Shown piece by piece: positions 61,139 to 64,000 of a stretch of 64,000 nucleotides of DNA. The notes under the pieces were generated by a model. It made no database searches. It had not been told where the DNA came from and worked only from the letters and a program-made list of their open reading frames with translations. The stretch's first letter is position 1; each line of letters starts with the position of its first letter. Made by a program: the position numbers and the translations under genes. The stretch comes from Chlorokybus atmophyticus (taxonomy: Eukaryota > Plantae > Mesostigma and Chlorokybus algae), in contig RHPI01002262.1 of NCBI GenBank assembly GCA_009103225.1, positions 875,478-939,477 of the forward strand. Direction: 5' to 3'.

Positions 61139-63005
61139 ATGGCGCGTTTGCGTGTTGCTCGTTGGGTTTTGGTCGCCGTGGTGGCCTGCGTGGCCGTGTC
61201 GGTGGTATGCGCCACTGCCGACGAGAAGGACAACTTGTGGGACGTGGAATACAGCGTCGACGAGTATGCGCCTGATGTTGCTGCTTCTGAGGTGTGCCTG
61301 AAGTGTAATCAACTGGACTGGTTTGCGTTGTGCGTTTCTTCTGGCCAGCTGGCAGTTTGTGTAGCATGCGAACCGTTCTCAAGCTGTGGCTCCCATCACG
61401 AATTTGCTGGCCATTGTCACACATTGCGTCTCCTTGGTTTCGTATGCTAGCCTGAGTTTTGTGCTTGTGCAAGCTTCAGCATCAAACCATCTAGCATGCT
61501 CAAGCAGGTCTGTCCAAGCGTCAGTGAGAAGTGGGACAGCTAGTTGGTTTTTATCAGCCGTTTGCCATTTAATCAGCCTGCTCAGCCCGCCTTGTCTTTG
61601 CAGGTGGTGAGTACAGAGCCAGAAGTGTATTCTACTGGCGGCGGTGCAGATATAACCGGGGATCCCGAACCGATATTTGCTGATGATGCTCTCTACCATT
61701 ATGTTGTAAAGCCTATGCTGGACTGGTCTGCACAAGACCCGGCACAAGTTGAACCTTACGATGAGAATCCGTATGCTGAAGAAATCAGATCAGTTTATGC
61801 AGATGCTGATGAGTATGTCTATGACTACTACGAGCAAGTAGATAATATAGTGCCGGACTTTCCCGGCTCGACTGAACCGTATGACTCGTCGGAGGCAGTG
61901 TCCAGCAATGACATGGGCTTGTACTCGTCGTACAGCGTGTTCAGCCGTTCTTCCACACTACAGCTACTGTCGGGACTTGAGCGTGTCCTTGAGCTGCATT
62001 TAGACATCTTGCGTGCGGCTGCACCTGGCTTTGTAGCTCCACTGCGCCCTGACTCGCCTGCGCTTATCCAGGTAGGCTACATGTTGTTGAAATGTCTGCA
62101 TCTATCCAAGCACGTGCCACTGTGTTGCCTTCATGCGGATCCACGCATTGTTAGCAGTAAGCTTAATCTTGTGTCCAGGCTCGCACGAATGCCCTACAGC
62201 GGATGGCTTGCGGGCGTGGCTCCTGCATGCCCCAGGTCGGTATCACGCAGGTCTGGTTTGCCATCATCAATCACATGCATGGCGCACATGCATGTTGTTG
62301 TGTGCACCTGTTGGTCATGGAGTTTTCTGTTTGATAGGTGCAGACTTTGTCCATTGTTGTGGATGGGGACTCAATGTCAGCGACAGCAACCGCAACGGAG
62401 TACATTACCGTTTATGACAACGAGTACATGAACTACGAAATGGAGACGAGCAGCGGCAGCATGGAGGATAGAACAGCGATGGAGTTCCCCGACTTGTATG
62501 ATGACATCCAACCAGAGCCTTCCATGCTAACCCTGCCGCCACCAGACTTCACATTCAGCAGTAAGTGGCGTGACACTGCATGCTATCTGTGCTGCGATGT
62601 ATAATCGTGAGTGCATGTGCACTAGTAGGTGCACACACGCAGGCGTGTATGGATGTGTGGTGTAGTTGTGTCTCCACATTCGTCCGTGGCATGCATTGAT
62701 GTATACTATGTTTGTCTGCAGAGTATGTGTCATCTAGGGAGTTCTTTATACAATGGGCGTGTTTGGCGGGGCTCGTGGCCTTCACAGTCTGCTTCTGGGT
62801 GCGCAACTTTGTACAGCAGCGCCGCGATGCAGAGACCATACTTGTTGTGTCGGAGGCTACATCACTATTTCAGCAGTCATCCAACATGACAAACCCTCTT
62901 CTGACGTCTCAGCCCGAGTACATTACTATCACGACAGAAACTCTCCCGCTGCTGCCTTCTGGCAAACAGGCCCCCCGCGATTACTCCCCTCCAGAGATGG
63001 TTTGA
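61139..63005 (+). CDS. Unknown type-I membrane protein with an acidic, Tyr-rich ectodomain; 4 exons
   Basis: Signal peptide MARLRVARWVLVAVVACVAVSVVCATA. D/E/Y-rich exons at 61139-61291, 61604-62071 and about 62344-62561. TM segment FFIQWACLAGLVAFTVCFWV. Tail contains NPLL and PLLP; stop at 63005. Confidence 0.7.
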
Positions 63006-63959
63006 TTACTGAGGTTGGATGGTTTCCTCATTTTAGTCAAACATTGACAGCCCTATCAGGCAGGTAACTGCTATGAAGGGGATGCTGTGACAGATGCAAT
63101 GCGGAGTGTATGTCACAGCATTGCACCGTGTGTAATCTACTAGTAGAAACAACTTGCGTTGAAGGTAGTGATCACGCGTAATAGTTGCTCCCAACCCACT
63201 GTACATTGGAAATTTATAAGGAATTTGCCCATGCATTGATAAAAAGAGCCAAGTGCACATGCTGTGTGTTGATTGTTGTGGGTGGGCAAATGTGTTAAGC
63301 ATATATAAACACCAATCAGGACAGCTGGGATATGGAGGATCCAACATTTGCTTGTTCGCGAACAGCTGTGCTCAATCTGATCACAGCAGTGTTGCGCATG
63401 TGCATACGCGTCGCGCATGTTCTGAACAATGTGCGGCAGCCCTGGCTTGGTGCCTGCCTGTGACAGGCCGCCACATCTTGTGTTTGACGCCTTGGTCAAC
63501 AACTTGAGATTGCTTTGTTTTGTGAGTTCCACGGCGAGCATTGCCTTGGATGCTGATTGCTGCACCAAAGAAGTAGAAAGCATGATGCGTATGCGGCCTC
63601 AATACTGTCTCTGCATAAAAACCTTTGCACACACGATGTGTGCTCACATGTCTATAGCAATAGCGGCCCGCATGCGCTCTGGAATGCTGTGCATGCAGCA
63701 GGAGCGCACGCACATGAGCGCATAAGCATCACATGATGCGCAACTGAGTTACCCCAATGTATGGTTATCAACACATGAAAGGGACTCCACAGCAAGACAA
63801 ACACTCAGCACAGCATATAGGCAAGTGCTGTGTGAACGACCGCATGCAACATGCACTTCAGCTCCTGGAGCGCGTTTACACCTACGTACTTTGCAATCTG
63901 GTTATTTTGCGCACAAAAAAGACTGTACTACAGTCTTTTTGCGCAAAATATCAATTTGT

Positions 63960-63960
<1 letters not shown>

Positions 63961-64000
<40 letters not shown>
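63961..64000. repeat. (CA)n microsatellite running off the window end
   Basis: Read directly from the sequence. Confidence 0.95.

Overview
Intron-rich eukaryotic nuclear DNA from a flagellated, early-diverging green plant. A streptophyte alga of Chlorokybus/Mesostigma type is the best guess, because plant-type HCF152, CRR7, APE1, GC1, ACD11 and COX16 homologues sit beside ciliary-type PKD2 and TSNAXIP1-like genes; the species cannot be proven from this window. I spliced 15 gene models by eye: a PKD2-like TRP channel, mitochondrial 2-oxoglutarate dehydrogenase E1, a kinase-less receptor-like protein with three tandem pairs of SEA-like modules, a TSNAXIP1-like protein, an NGHx-repeat protein, CRR7, COX16, an HCF152-like PPR protein, the GC1/SulA epimerase, APE1, eIF3b, an EamA/SLC35G transporter, a small coiled-coil protein, ACD11/GLTP, an At4g24090-like plastid membrane protein and an acidic type-I membrane protein. 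The window also has a 688-nt N gap, a ~1.1 kb (CT)n tract, an interstitial (CCCTAA)4 run, telo-boxes and several hairpins. Three leads stand out. (1) The HCF152-like PPR has no obvious promoter, start or transit-peptide exon of its own: it begins at a phase-0 splice acceptor about 220 nt after the GC1 stop, in phase with GC1 donors, which suggests a shared transit-peptide exon, a fusion or a bicistronic mRNA. (2) The (SEA-B/Cys-SEA-A)x3 membrane protein. (3) CRR7 and COX16 are head-to-head with start codons only 58-70 nt apart, inside an organelle-biogenesis gene cluster. All family calls come from recalled motif similarity; no database search was run.
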